Assembly (NCBI GenBank): GCA_050248855.1
Contig: JBFWRP010000013.1
Coordinates: 32,001 to 96,000, forward strand
Origin: Planctomycetota bacterium
Lineage (GTDB): Bacteria; Planctomycetota; PLA2; JAEUHO01
Direction of reading: 5' to 3'
DNA: 64,000 bases
Shown here: piece after piece, positions 49,975 to 60,763 of the stretch
How the letters are laid out: every line of letters starts with the position of its first letter
Position numbering within the stretch: position 1 is the stretch's first letter
Notes under the pieces: model-generated
Database searches by the model: none
The model's input: the letters and a program-made list of their open reading frames with translations, nothing else
What the model was told of the DNA's origin: nothing
Position numbers and translations under genes: made by a program

Positions 49975-51260
49975 CCGCCTCCACTGTTCTTCTCACGCTC
50001 TTGGCGGCAAGCCTCCCAACGGCACGCGGCGACGTCACGGCCTCCGAGCGAACCAGGATCGAGAAGGGCTTCCGTGCCTACCTCGCGGCCGGCGACGACA
50101 AGACCCGGGACACGGTCTGGAAGGGCATCGGGAAGCTCGCGGACAAGCTGTCGATCGAGGAGGTCGAAGAGCTCGTGCCCGCCGCCTCGATCGGAGACGC
50201 GTGGGACGGCGGCTACACGGACGAGATCGCCTTCACCTCCGCCGGCGAAACGTGGACCTATTCGCTCATCCTGCCCCGCTCCAAGCCCAAGGGCCTGATC
50301 CCGCTCGTGGTCGACGTGGGCCACGGCTCGTGGAAGGACGCCGACGCCAAGCGTCGCGAGGAGGGCATGCGGACGTGGCTGCGAGCTGCGGGGGCTGGCG
50401 ACGACGTCGCCTTCTTGCGCACGCGCGTCATCGACAAGCTGTCCCTGGACGGCCGATACGACGCGTGGACCGTGCCGCCCCGGCGCCCGCTCGACAAGCC
50501 CAACCTCGACACGGTGGGGACGGTCGTGCTGGAGGCGATCGGTGACGCATGTCGCCGCTACCCGATCGACCCGGATCGCATCCACGTGCAGGGCATCTCG
50601 CAAACCGGCTACTGGACGTGGTGGCTGGCCCAGATGGCGCCCGACCGCTGGGCGTCGGCGGCGCCTGTCGGCTCCGTCACGATGCACGTCCGGAAGATGG
50701 TGCCCAACGTCGTGGGCCTGCCCCTGTTCGTGCTCCACGGCACAGCCGATCCCACCTGCCCCTTCGCCCAAGCAAAGGGCATGGTCGACGACGTGAGGGC
50801 CGCCGGCGGCAACGTGGACTTCCGCCCCACCGAGGGGGGCGGGCACATGGACGGCGTGTTCGTGCGCTTCGGCGAGATCTGGCCCGAGATGGCCAAGCAG
50901 ACGCGCAATGCATACCCCAAGCGCGTGGAGCGCAAGATCACGAGCGCGCTGCGGCCCGGCGCGTACTGGCTGGAGGCCCGGGGCATCGAGGCGAGCGAGT
51001 TCAATCCCTGGGGGCCCCCCTGCCATCTGACCGGCAGCGTGGACGACCAGGTCATCGAGGTCACGGCATCCGGATGCAAGCAAGTCACGGTCTTCCTCTC
51101 GCCGAAGCTCGTCGACGTCACGAAGACCGTGACCATCAAGCTGCAGGGCACGACGGCCTGGCGCGGCACGCCCAAGCCCGATCCTCGCGGCGCCCTGGAC
51201 CTGGCGCGTGTCCGTGGCGACGCCGTCACCTACGGCGCCAACGTGACGCTGGAGCCCTGA
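49962..51260 (+). CDS. Secreted alpha/beta hydrolase (esterase/peptidase-like)
   Basis: Signal peptide; IDPDRI.VQGISQTG nucleophile elbow, HG..D and GGGH triad. Confidence 0.8.
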   Translation: MRSLAASTVLLTLLAASLPTARGDVTASERTRIEKGFRAYLAAGDDKTRDTVWKGIGKLADKLSIEEVEELVPAASIGDAWDGGYTDEIAFTSAGETWTYSLILPRSKPKGLIPLVVDVGHGSWKDADAKRREEGMRTWLRAAGAGDDVAFLRTRVIDKLSLDGRYDAWTVPPRRPLDKPNLDTVGTVVLEAIGDACRRYPIDPDRIHVQGISQTGYWTWWLAQMAPDRWASAAPVGSVTMHVRKMVPNVVGLPLFVLHGTADPTCPFAQAKGMVDDVRAAGGNVDFRPTEGGGHMDGVFVRFGEIWPEMAKQTRNAYPKRVERKITSALRPGAYWLEARGIEASEFNPWGPPCHLTGSVDDQVIEVTASGCKQVTVFLSPKLVDVTKTVTIKLQGTTAWRGTPKPDPRGALDLARVRGDAVTYGANVTLEP

Positions 51261-51268
51261 CCCCGCCG

Positions 51269-52222
51269 ATGGGCGAAGCTCTCCCCCACATCCCGCGCGC
51301 CAGCATCGTGCTGCCCACCTTCAACCGGCGGACCCTGGTCGGCGAGGCCATCGAGTCGGTCTTGGCGCAGACGGAGCGCTCCTTCGAGCTGATCGTCGTG
51401 GACGACGGTTCGACCGACGGGACGGCCGAGTACCTCGTGGCCCGCTATGCCGACGAACCGCGGGTCCACGTGATCCGCAAGCTGAACGGCGGGAGCGCGT
51501 CGGCCCGCAACCGGGGCCTGGACGACGTCCGGGCGCCGTGGACGGCTTTCCTCGACAGCGACGACGTCTGGGACCCGACCTACCTCGCGCGGCAGCTCGC
51601 CACGGCCGATGCACACCCGGACGCCGACGCGATCGTGGCGGACCTGCGCTTGGAAGGGCCCTGGCACCGCGCCGGGGACACGGTGTTCGCACTGCCCGGC
51701 TGGCGTCCGGCGACCTCCATGTCGGCGATGCTCGACGGCGGTTGGGCGCTTCCGACGGCGACCCTGTTCCGATCAAGCGTCATCAAGCGGCTTCGCTTCG
51801 ATACCGAGTACAGCCACAACGAGGACACCGAGCTGCTGTTCCGCTTCCACGCAAACGGCCATCGCCTGGTGCTCAACCGAGAGGTCCTCGGAGCTTGGCG
51901 CCGACACGGCGAGGCGGACGCCCAGCCCCAGAAGACGCTCTCCGAGGATGGTCTGACCGTGGAGCACCTCGTGCTCTTGGAGATGTACGCCCATCCCGAG
52001 CCGCGTCCGCGCGCGATCCGTCGTCGCATCGCACGCATGCACGCCAAGCGCCTGCTGCGCGACGGCCGCTGGAAGACCGCGCGTCCCTACCTCTGGCAGT
52101 GGTGGCGCCTGCGCCCGACGTCCACGCGCGCCATGCGGCTGCTCGTGAAGAGCTACCTCGCCTCGGGAGCACGAGGCGAGGTCGGCCAAGCCGCTACTTG
52201 CGCTCGACCCAGTCCGGATTGA
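51269..52222 (+). CDS. Glycosyltransferase family 2
   Basis: SIVLPTFNR, IVVDDGSTD, ARNRG, FLDSDD and ED motifs. Confidence 0.92.
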   Translation: MGEALPHIPRASIVLPTFNRRTLVGEAIESVLAQTERSFELIVVDDGSTDGTAEYLVARYADEPRVHVIRKLNGGSASARNRGLDDVRAPWTAFLDSDDVWDPTYLARQLATADAHPDADAIVADLRLEGPWHRAGDTVFALPGWRPATSMSAMLDGGWALPTATLFRSSVIKRLRFDTEYSHNEDTELLFRFHANGHRLVLNREVLGAWRRHGEADAQPQKTLSEDGLTVEHLVLLEMYAHPEPRPRAIRRRIARMHAKRLLRDGRWKTARPYLWQWWRLRPTSTRAMRLLVKSYLASGARGEVGQAATCARPSPD

Positions 52223-53486
52223 TCTCGGCCAGGGAGCGGCGCTCGCTGCGTCGGGTGTGGGGCGGGTTCCCCTCCTTGAACGTGCAGTCGATCAGGCGAA
52301 CGCCTCGTTCGTTGGCGACGAGCTGGGAGCGCTCGCGCGCTTCGAGATCGACGAACGTCACGCGGTCGTAGACCACCAAGCTGTCGGAACGTCGAGGGCC
52401 CACATCGCCGATGGGGCCCACGATCGTGCAATTCTCCAGGCGAGCGAGCAACACATCGCTCACGCGCCAGAGATTGCCCCTCCACGCAGACCTTCCGAAA
52501 CCGGCTTCCAGGCGACTGTCGGTGGCATGGACGGCTCCCAGGCCTCCGTTGAATGCGGTGGAGCTGCCCGCACCCATGTCGAACCCCACGACCCGACAGC
52601 GCTCCAAGCGCAGGGTGAAGCCCTTGCGCAGCTCCACGAAGTAGTTGTCGTTGCAGTCCACGGTGAGGTCGCGAAACGTCAGGTTGACGACGTCTTTGTT
52701 GATGTCGAGCTCCCGGTCGAGCACCAGCAGCGACCGGTCCATGCCCACCCCTTCGAAGGTGAGGTCGTGCGGGAAGGCCCCCTCCTGCGTGACGCGACGC
52801 ACGAGGCTTGCCTTGAGCAGCGAGCGGCCAGCGGGAACGAACACCGTGTCGCCATGGCCCAGCTCGCGGGGGTCGTCGTTGACCCGCTCCACGCTCACGC
52901 GACCCCCGGACGCCCGGGGCGTGAAGTAGCTGCCGAGCTGCTCGGCCGAGGAGAGCAAGGCAACGGGTGCAACCCACTTGTCGTCCAGGCTCCGCACCAG
53001 GTCGAGCAGCCCACCCCGCTCGAGGTCGGCAAGGCGCGCCGCCTCGGCGGCCAGCTCGTCATCGACCAAGCGTGCGGCAATGGCCTCGGCGTCTGCGACC
53101 TGCTGCTCCGCGTTGGCGATCCGCGCGACAGCCGCTCTCCGCACGATCTCGGTACGAGCCTCGATGAGCGCGTCCCGATCCTCGGGCCGGATCCGAGGCC
53201 GCGGGGCCGGAGCGGACTCGGCGGCGCCCGTCGTCGGTGACGGCGGGGAGGGAGCGCGCCGCGGCACCGGCGCCGGAGCGCCCGCCAGTCCCGGCGTACC
53301 CGATGGCGCCTGTGGAAGCGAGCCGGGAAGCACCCCTCCGGGGCCAACGGTCTCGGCGGCGCCGGCCGCAACCGTGGATCCGACGGTCGGCGTCGGTACG
53401 TGGCCGCGGTCCACGCCCAGCGCCCACATCAGCGCCGCACCCGCCAAGCCGCCCACCACGAACGCAGCCAAGATCCTCACACTCAT
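52194..53486 (-). CDS. Membrane-anchored protein with C-terminal beta-helix-like region
   Basis: N-terminal TM segment; Pro linker; GDTVFVPAG, TFRDLTVD and LENCTI repeats. Confidence 0.65.
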   Translation of the reverse strand: MSVRILAAFVVGGLAGAALMWALGVDRGHVPTPTVGSTVAAGAAETVGPGGVLPGSLPQAPSGTPGLAGAPAPVPRRAPSPPSPTTGAAESAPAPRPRIRPEDRDALIEARTEIVRRAAVARIANAEQQVADAEAIAARLVDDELAAEAARLADLERGGLLDLVRSLDDKWVAPVALLSSAEQLGSYFTPRASGGRVSVERVNDDPRELGHGDTVFVPAGRSLLKASLVRRVTQEGAFPHDLTFEGVGMDRSLLVLDRELDINKDVVNLTFRDLTVDCNDNYFVELRKGFTLRLERCRVVGFDMGAGSSTAFNGGLGAVHATDSRLEAGFGRSAWRGNLWRVSDVLLARLENCTIVGPIGDVGPRRSDSLVVYDRVTFVDLEARERSQLVANERGVRLIDCTFKEGNPPHTRRSERRSLAEINPDWVERK

Positions 53487-53681
53487 GCACCCAGCGTAGC
53501 GAAACGCAGCGGGCAATGCTTGGTGAGGTCCTCGGTCCCGCGCTCAGCGCAGCCAACGGACGATCCCGGAGACCTCCACCCGGGGCCAAGGCGGGCTGCC
53601 TCCTCGGGGACTTGTCGCAGAATCAGACCGTGAACTCCCGTACGTCGTCGGAGCTCGTGTCGGCGGCGCGGCTCTGCGCTG

Positions 53682-54392
53682 CTAGTCGGCCGTGGGCGTG
53701 ACCCCCACCACGAGGTCCTTGCGCCCGTCGAGCTCACCGATCTTCGAGTCGGCCACGGTGCGGTAGTCGACGGTGACCAAGCGCTGCCCGGCGGCACCGA
53801 GCGATCGATAGATGCGGTCGCGTGCGTTCTGGGCCACGCCCGCCGTGTAAAGCTGTGTCGTCAGGACGCGCCGCCGGCGATGGCTGACGGCCACGTGGAT
53901 GTGGGGCGTGCGGCCGGGGTACGCCACCGGAAGGATCGTACGGAAGCGGTACTCGCCCTTGGCGTTGGTCACGAAGTGTCCGTAGCCCTGGAAGCCGGGG
54001 TCACGCCGAGCACGGTTCGAGCTGCGCGAGTGGATGTAGGCCCCGTTGTTGTCGACCTGCCAGATTTCCACGAAGGCGTTGCGGACGGGGCTGCCCGCCG
54101 GTGTGAGCACGCGCCCGGACAGATGCACGATGCGCCCGAGAGCCGGCGTGGTGCGATCGCCCACGATGACCAAGTCGTTGTCGCGATCCAGGGGAAGCCG
54201 ATCGGGGTAGAACGGTCCCTCCGTCTGGCGGGGCGTCAGCGGGAGCTGCTCGTCCAGTGCCTCCGCGAACACGCCCGGCACAAGCCACGCGGCGGCGCCC
54301 AGGGCGAAGCCCTCGAGCACACGACGACGGGCGACGAGGGCATCCAGGCGCGCTTGGCTTGTGGCGGGAACGGCGGCCTCGCGGGGTTGCAT
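53682..54392 (-). CDS. Intradiol ring-cleavage dioxygenase-like protein with Tat-like N-terminus
   Basis: TEGPFYP, EIWQ....G.Y, FRTI.P..YPGRTPHIH and TTQLY motifs. Confidence 0.9.
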   Translation of the reverse strand: MQPREAAVPATSQARLDALVARRRVLEGFALGAAAWLVPGVFAEALDEQLPLTPRQTEGPFYPDRLPLDRDNDLVIVGDRTTPALGRIVHLSGRVLTPAGSPVRNAFVEIWQVDNNGAYIHSRSSNRARRDPGFQGYGHFVTNAKGEYRFRTILPVAYPGRTPHIHVAVSHRRRRVLTTQLYTAGVAQNARDRIYRSLGAAGQRLVTVDYRTVADSKIGELDGRKDLVVGVTPTAD

Positions 54393-54576
54393 GGCGAGCT
54401 CCAGGGAGATGATGCTGCGCGATACTCGCGCACCGGTACGGGGAGTGTGCGGGTGGGCGAGGCCCGCGCCGGCAGAATCGCCGTGGCACCTTGCGGACGC
54501 CTTGCGCGTCGACGTGTCCGCCGATGTCAGCGACAGCCTGCGTCTGTCGCGTCGTCGGCCGTAGGGTGATCCGCCC

Positions 54577-55071
54577 ATGCACACGCTCGACGCCAAGCAG
54601 CTGATCGAACATCTCGGGCTCGCGCCGCTGCCCCAGGAGGGGGGTTGGTACCGGGAGACGTACCGCTCGCCGGTGACCTGCCGCACCCCTCGCGGCGAGC
54701 GGAGCCTGGCCACCGCCATCTACTACCTGCTTACGCCCGAGACGTTCTCGGCGTGGCACCGCCTACCCGGCGACGAGATCTACCACGTCTACGCGGGCGA
54801 CCCGGTCGAGCTGTTCACGATCGACGCCTCGGGCATCCTGCGACGGACGGTCTTGGGGACCAGGCTCGATCGCGGCGAGAGCCCCCAACACCTCGTTCTC
54901 GGCGGCGCGTGGCAGGCCTCGCGTCTCGTTGCGGGCGGCTCCGTGGCCCTCCTGGGCACCACGATGTCGCCGGGCTTCGACTTCGCCGACTACGAGCATG
55001 GCGAGCGAGGCAACCTGCTCGACGCGTACCCGACCCACGCGACGCACGTCACCGAGCTCACGCGTCCCTAG
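54577..55071 (+). CDS. Cupin domain protein (DUF985-like)
   Basis: EGGWYRET, TAIYYLL, WHRL..DEI.H.Y.G and PGFDF.D motifs. Confidence 0.9.
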   Translation: MHTLDAKQLIEHLGLAPLPQEGGWYRETYRSPVTCRTPRGERSLATAIYYLLTPETFSAWHRLPGDEIYHVYAGDPVELFTIDASGILRRTVLGTRLDRGESPQHLVLGGAWQASRLVAGGSVALLGTTMSPGFDFADYEHGERGNLLDAYPTHATHVTELTRP

Positions 55072-56042
55072 ACGCGGAGCCCCAGAGCGGGCTGTCCATT
55101 GCGAATGCGCCGCGTGGCGTCCTCCATGAACCGAACGAGGTCCGGTGATCGATCGGCGGGATCGATGCTTCGCGACACGACGGCCCGCAGCTCTTGCTCG
55201 CGCAAGTCGAGGAACAGCCCAAGAGCCCCGCGCATGGCTTCCGGCAGATGGTGCTCCGTCTCGTAGCCGGACCACAGGTCGCGACGGTGGGCCTCGAAGC
55301 GAGCTTGACGCTCATCGGGGTCCTGGATGCTCATGACCGCGTAGTACAGGACGATCGCCATGTCGCTGACGAACCAGAAGTCCAGCATGTCCTCGAAGTC
55401 GAACAGCGTGGGACGCCCCTCGTGCCAGAAGATGTTGCCCTGGTGCGGGTCGGTGTGCATGGGGCCAAAGGACCCCGCGTCGCGCGGCAAGGCGCTGATG
55501 CGCTCGACGAGCAGCTGCAAAGCCGCCAAGACCACCTCGTCCTCGCGAGCGAGCTCCGCGTAGGCCGCAGACTGCGCCTCCCACGTGGATCGGGCGCACG
55601 GGGCGGGCGGGCCCGGGTAGCTCGTGGCCAGGCGGTGCAGCTGGCCGATCAGCGCGCCCCAGCGCTGGAGGACGTCGGGGGACAGCTCGTCCGGACGCAG
55701 GCAGCGTCCGGGCGCCTTCTCCCAGCTCGTCACGTGGAATGCGCCGTCGGCTGAAGCCACCGTCGCCAGCAGCTCCCCGCTCGCGAGCGGGAGTGGGCGC
55801 GCGACGGGGGCCCCGTGGTCGGCGACGTGGGAGACGAAGTGGAGCTCGGCGCCCATCTCCTCGGGCGTCCGCCGTCCACCCCACGTCGCCTTCACGATGC
55901 GCGGTCGGCCCTCGACGACGGCCTCGTGCACGAAGCTCTCGAAGCCGCCCAGATCGACAAGCTGGTCCGGCGCGACACCCACGGCCTGGGCCACCCGGCA
56001 GCGGACCGGATCCGTGTACTGCGCGCGCGTGCGGGCATCCAA
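55068..56042 (-). CDS. APH/homoserine kinase type II-like phosphotransferase
   Basis: E..FV.H, G.LIG.LH, HTDPHQGN and FDFED motifs. Confidence 0.85.
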   Translation of the reverse strand: MDARTRAQYTDPVRCRVAQAVGVAPDQLVDLGGFESFVHEAVVEGRPRIVKATWGGRRTPEEMGAELHFVSHVADHGAPVARPLPLASGELLATVASADGAFHVTSWEKAPGRCLRPDELSPDVLQRWGALIGQLHRLATSYPGPPAPCARSTWEAQSAAYAELAREDEVVLAALQLLVERISALPRDAGSFGPMHTDPHQGNIFWHEGRPTLFDFEDMLDFWFVSDMAIVLYYAVMSIQDPDERQARFEAHRRDLWSGYETEHHLPEAMRGALGLFLDLREQELRAVVSRSIDPADRSPDLVRFMEDATRRIRNGQPALGLRV

Positions 56043-56149
56043 GCGGAGCCTCCTCCGCGCAGACTCTACGGGTGCTGGAAGGTCAGGGCCACGCAGCGAG
56101 TAGCCACCGCGGGAGACTCGACATGCGCCGCCGCCTACACTCGCCGGCC

Positions 56150-57004
56150 ATGCGGATCGGCTTGGTCACGTGCGCAGAGTTGCCCGAGCCCGATCCCGAT
56201 GCTCCCCGGTTGCACGCCGCGCTTGCCGCGCGCGGACACGAACCTGAGCTCGTGCCCTGGGACGGCGAGGGCGATCGGCTGGCGTCGTTCGATCTGCTCC
56301 TGCTGCGCAGTCCCTGGAACTACTACCGGGCGCACGAGCGCTTCCTGGCCTGGGTCGACCACGCTGCGCACGTCGCCCAGCTCGTGAACCCACCCGACGT
56401 CGTGCGCTGGAACCTGCACAAGGGCTACCTGCTCGAGCTCGCGAGCCGTGGCGTCCCCATCGTGCCGAGCCGCGTGGTGGCCCGCGGCTCGGCGGATGGC
56501 GTCCGTGAGGTCCTGGAGGATGCGGGGTGGCACGACGTCGTCGTGAAGCCGTGCATCTCGGCGGCCTCGTGGCGCACCCGGTGCTTCCTGCAGGGCCAGA
56601 CGGACGAGGCAGCGCGCTACGCCCGGCTGCTCGCCGTGGACGGCGACGTGCTCGTCCAGCCGTTCCAGCCGGGCGCCGTCGACCCCGGCGAGCGCTCCCT
56701 GATCTGGATCGACGGAGCGATCACGCATGCGATCCGCAAGCGGCCGCGCTTCGATGGCCAGGACGAGGCGGTCACGGCCGACGCACCACCCACCTCCGAC
56801 GAGCGGGCCCTGGTCGCCCGGATCCTGGCGCCGTTCGCCGAGCGCATCGCGTACGCGCGCATCGACCTGTTCCCCACCGCCCGAGGCGGTCCCCTCGTCT
56901 CCGAGGTCGAGCTTGTCGAGCCATCCCTGTTCTTCCGGTACGGGCCGGAAGCCCTCCCACGCCTGATCCGGGGACTCGAGCGCTGCCGTGCCGCGGGCGC
57001 GTAG
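56150..57004 (+). CDS. RimK-like ATP-grasp ligase
   Basis: RSPWNY, WNLHKGYL, VVKP.ISA, YARID and EVELVEPSLF motifs. Confidence 0.85.
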   Translation: MRIGLVTCAELPEPDPDAPRLHAALAARGHEPELVPWDGEGDRLASFDLLLLRSPWNYYRAHERFLAWVDHAAHVAQLVNPPDVVRWNLHKGYLLELASRGVPIVPSRVVARGSADGVREVLEDAGWHDVVVKPCISAASWRTRCFLQGQTDEAARYARLLAVDGDVLVQPFQPGAVDPGERSLIWIDGAITHAIRKRPRFDGQDEAVTADAPPTSDERALVARILAPFAERIAYARIDLFPTARGGPLVSEVELVEPSLFFRYGPEALPRLIRGLERCRAAGA

Positions 57005-57147
57005 GGCCCGTCGGGGGCGGGGCCCCCTCTCCTGTCCTGGCGGCAGGCGCCAGCGCACTTGGGTAGGACAGCGGCATCTCGCCACCCGGTAGGCTGGGTG
57101 CCGCAGGCGCGGGGACGCGGCTGCAGCCCCGCTCCCGCGGAGGTCCC

Positions 57148-58221
57148 ATGCACAGGCATCTCGCCCTGGCGCTGTTGCTTCTCCTCTCGTCCTGTGGCGG
57201 TGGCTCCAAGGGCAACGGTGGAGGATCCGCCGACCTCTCCACCCTGACGGGCACCTACTGGGCCGTTGCGATGGCCGCTACGACGGTCACGACGGATTCG
57301 GAAGCGACCTGGGGAACGATGGTGTCCGATGGTGCGGGCTCGATCATGCCGCACAGCACCACGAACGACGACGGCGTCGTGTCGACCCCCCTCCTCACCT
57401 CCAGCTTCGGCTACGAAATCGACGCGAACGGCGAGATCCGCTTTCTTCTGGGCCCGAATCCCGTCTACCGCGGGCGCATCACCGACGACGGTCGTTACGC
57501 GGTCCTGTCGAGCCTGGGCGAGCCGCGCATCATCGTCCTCGTGCGGCGTGAGGGGACCCACACCGTCGCGGACATCGCGGGGACCTATGCCTTCGCGGGC
57601 GCAGGCTTCGCCACAGGACCGGCGGCCTACTTCATGTCCGCCGTGTTCGATGGCATCGGCGTGTTCGCGGGCACGGGCGCCATCAACGAGGCAGGCTCCA
57701 TTGATGGTGGCAACCACAGCGGCCTGTACGACGTCGCCGCCAACGGTGGGGTGTCGATGGGCATCCTGGGAGTGCCGTTCCTGGGCGGACTTGGCGGCGA
57801 CAACAACTTCGTCCTCCTGGGTGGCGGCACCACGAACGGCAACGACCCGCTGGGCTGGTTCCTCGTGCGACGCCCGGACTCCGGTGGCAACAACGGCTTG
57901 CTGTCCGGCACGTACTACGCCTGCGGGGTCGAGACCGCCTTGGGCAGCACGGACGAAGCGCAGGCCTTCTGGGGCGTCGTGCAGGCCAACGGCTTGGGCG
58001 GCTTCACCCTGCAAGGCCAGACGACCGGCCCCGGAGCCGTGGCGCCCCTCTCGCTGTCGGGAACCTACGGCGTGGCGGGCGACGGCACGCTCACCATGAA
58101 CCGCGGCGGTCTCATCGAGAACCTCACGGGCGCCGTCTCGCCCGACGGTCGCGTGGCGATCGCCTCCGGCGGCACCACGGCGAGCTCCAACCCCGTGCTG
58201 ATCCTCATGTTCCGACGTTAG
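57148..58221 (+). CDS. Lipoprotein with three tandem ~110-aa beta-rich repeats
   Basis: LSSC lipobox; three copies of L.GTY ... Y.V..NG ... G.(I/L/V)..D. Confidence 0.75.
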   Translation: MHRHLALALLLLLSSCGGGSKGNGGGSADLSTLTGTYWAVAMAATTVTTDSEATWGTMVSDGAGSIMPHSTTNDDGVVSTPLLTSSFGYEIDANGEIRFLLGPNPVYRGRITDDGRYAVLSSLGEPRIIVLVRREGTHTVADIAGTYAFAGAGFATGPAAYFMSAVFDGIGVFAGTGAINEAGSIDGGNHSGLYDVAANGGVSMGILGVPFLGGLGGDNNFVLLGGGTTNGNDPLGWFLVRRPDSGGNNGLLSGTYYACGVETALGSTDEAQAFWGVVQANGLGGFTLQGQTTGPGAVAPLSLSGTYGVAGDGTLTMNRGGLIENLTGAVSPDGRVAIASGGTTASSNPVLILMFRR

Positions 58222-60497
58222 CGCGCATCGTGCGGCGCAAGGCGGACGAGTACGTTCGCCACGTCATCACCCTTCACGTCGACCACCACGCGGCGCCCCA
58301 GGAAACCCTCGGCCCACGCGCAGACGACGTGGCGGCCCGGCTCGAGACCGCGGATGTCCATGACGCCCGGGTCGGCATCGTCCTCCCAACGCGGCGGCTC
58401 CACGACGACACCATCGACTTCGACGCGCAGACCCTCGATGGCGGCCTGACCCGAGGGCGCTTCGACCGAGATGCGCAGCTGGCCGCCGGGTGGGCGGACG
58501 CTCCAGGGCCCGGGGCCCTCGAGCGTCGTCCGCCAGGGCATGACGAAGGATCGCCCCGCGGGGCCCGGTACGACCGTCACGCGCGCACCGGCTTGGAGAA
58601 GGGCGTCGCTGTCCGTAGGCACATGGACGAACCCGGCGGCATCCCCGTCGACGCGACACCGAGCCTCGACGTGCATGTCGCCGCGCTGCACGTACACCGC
58701 GCCTGCATCCGGTCGACCCTCGACATCGAGGATCTTGAGTCGCAGGGCGGGAGGTGGTCGCTTGCGGAACACGACGCGGCCGAGATCGATCACGCCGTCG
58801 CGTCGGGGGAAGTCGCGCAGGTCGATCTCGCGGGGAAGCAGGGCGTCATCCCTCGGCTCGAGACGCAAGGGCACCTCGAGCACGTCGCCCAGATCGAGAC
58901 GGAACGGCCCGCCGTGGGTGAAGGGACTCCAAAGTCCCATGGGAGACTCGGTCTTGACCGGGGCCCCATCGTCGTGCTCGGTGGACCCGACGAGCACGAT
59001 GGCAGGAGGCGCCGCCATGGACACGGGATCGGCGCCGGGCTCGTAGGCGCTGTCGGGAACGCGATGGAAGGTCTGAGTGGGCCAGCCGGACGCCGTCAAG
59101 ACGCGGCTGTCCTCCACGACGGCAAACACCTCGCCTTGGGCGGGCAGATGGAGCATCACGACGCCGCCCTCGTCCTGCGCTTCGCAACAATCGAGCTGAC
59201 GGGACCAGCCATGTCCCACGAGAACGAGGTTCACCCCCTCGGGCAACGCGCGCACGTCCAAGCGAAGTGGTCGCGGCGCATCCATCGCCACGCGCACGCT
59301 GGTCGGGCCAGCGTCGGCAACCGTCACGGGGGCATGCGTGAGCGTGACGCCCGGGTACACATGCCATCCGTCTTCCAGCCAAGCATGCACGAGGTACTCG
59401 CCGGGCGGACACCGCAACAGGTACTGGACGCGGTCGGGCGTCCACCCTGGGCGCGAGGTCCAGCCATCACTCGTCCTGACGGCAACCACGCCCAGATCCA
59501 GGCCCTCCCTCGCGAGTGTCTCGAAGCTCCCGCGCAGCAGATCGAAGCGAACCGCGAGATTGGGATCGTCGGGGACGCCGGCGTCCTCGTCGAGCTCGTC
59601 CGTGAGGCGGATGACCCGCTCGATGCCCGGAGGTGGAACGCGCACGGCCATCTCGCCGCCGCCTGGCGACCGCGCCACCCGCAGCACGTCTGCCGTCCAG
59701 TGCGTCGCACTGGCACCCACGACGCGGAATCGTCCAAGGTCGTCGGTCCGCGTCCAGTGCACGCGCGGTCGATCCGCGATGCCGACGGCAACACCCGCCG
59801 CACGCTCGCCATCCGTGCGGAGGACTCGCCCACGGATCTCACGCCCCCACTCGCAGCGGACCAGCTGACGCTGGATCCCGTGCCGTGCGGACCTGGGGCT
59901 CTCGATCTCCCCGTAGCCGGCGAGCACGCCGGGGCCCCGGAACCAAACGAGCTCCCCCCCGCGGCACGACACGTCGCGCAAGCGCGCGAGGCCCCGCGCG
60001 TCCGTACGCGTGAGCTGCACGTCGGGGGTGGACCCGGAGCCGAGCATCGAGGAGACGTCGAGGTTGGCCAGCGGGCGGCCCAGGGGGTCGTGGAACTCGA
60101 GCTCGACATCGCGCTTGGGTGACAAGGTGATGTCCGATCCGTCGACGGCCACGGGAGACACACCGCGAGGCGCATGCGAGGACGGCAGGAGGTACGCCCA
60201 TTCGGGGCGGGGAGACGCGGGATCGCCCGCGGCCGCAAGGCGTAGCCAACCTTGCTCGTCGGTCACGCCTGTTGCCGCGGCTTGGGCCCGCTCCGGAAGC
60301 AGGCGCCCGCGCTCCGCATGGAGCTCGACGCGCACCCCGGCCACGGGCTCGCGGGTGCCTTCATCGACAACGCGAAACAGCGCCCAGGCGTTCTCGCGGC
60401 TCCGCGCGTCGGCAGCAAGGAGGCCGCTCGCGGGCTCCTCGGCAGCACACGGTGCACAAACGCAGGCGACCAGGACCAAGTAGCGGATCCACGACAT
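58218..60497 (-). CDS. Secreted carboxypeptidase-regulatory-like domain protein
   Basis: VVD..T.EPVAG, TD..G and GLEPG motifs. Confidence 0.7.
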   Translation of the reverse strand: MSWIRYLVLVACVCAPCAAEEPASGLLAADARSRENAWALFRVVDEGTREPVAGVRVELHAERGRLLPERAQAAATGVTDEQGWLRLAAAGDPASPRPEWAYLLPSSHAPRGVSPVAVDGSDITLSPKRDVELEFHDPLGRPLANLDVSSMLGSGSTPDVQLTRTDARGLARLRDVSCRGGELVWFRGPGVLAGYGEIESPRSARHGIQRQLVRCEWGREIRGRVLRTDGERAAGVAVGIADRPRVHWTRTDDLGRFRVVGASATHWTADVLRVARSPGGGEMAVRVPPPGIERVIRLTDELDEDAGVPDDPNLAVRFDLLRGSFETLAREGLDLGVVAVRTSDGWTSRPGWTPDRVQYLLRCPPGEYLVHAWLEDGWHVYPGVTLTHAPVTVADAGPTSVRVAMDAPRPLRLDVRALPEGVNLVLVGHGWSRQLDCCEAQDEGGVVMLHLPAQGEVFAVVEDSRVLTASGWPTQTFHRVPDSAYEPGADPVSMAAPPAIVLVGSTEHDDGAPVKTESPMGLWSPFTHGGPFRLDLGDVLEVPLRLEPRDDALLPREIDLRDFPRRDGVIDLGRVVFRKRPPPALRLKILDVEGRPDAGAVYVQRGDMHVEARCRVDGDAAGFVHVPTDSDALLQAGARVTVVPGPAGRSFVMPWRTTLEGPGPWSVRPPGGQLRISVEAPSGQAAIEGLRVEVDGVVVEPPRWEDDADPGVMDIRGLEPGRHVVCAWAEGFLGRRVVVDVKGDDVANVLVRLAPHDAR

Positions 60498-60763
60498 CGG
60501 GTCGGCTCCCCAGCGCGCGCCTCGGACATCGCCGGCGAGACAGGTGCCGCGCGGGGACAAGCCTACGGGATTCGGCAGGGCGAGGCCGTGTCCCTACGAC
60601 GCCACGCGCTACGCGTGGTCCTGCGTGGCGTCGGGGACGGATGCGGGATAGCATGGCGGCGGCTTCTCGCGCCCCCGTCACTGCGCGCTACGGAATGCTC
60701 GTGATGGGTCGTGCCGCCGGAGGAGCCATGCGGACGCCACATCGCGCCGCAGGAAGGAACTGC

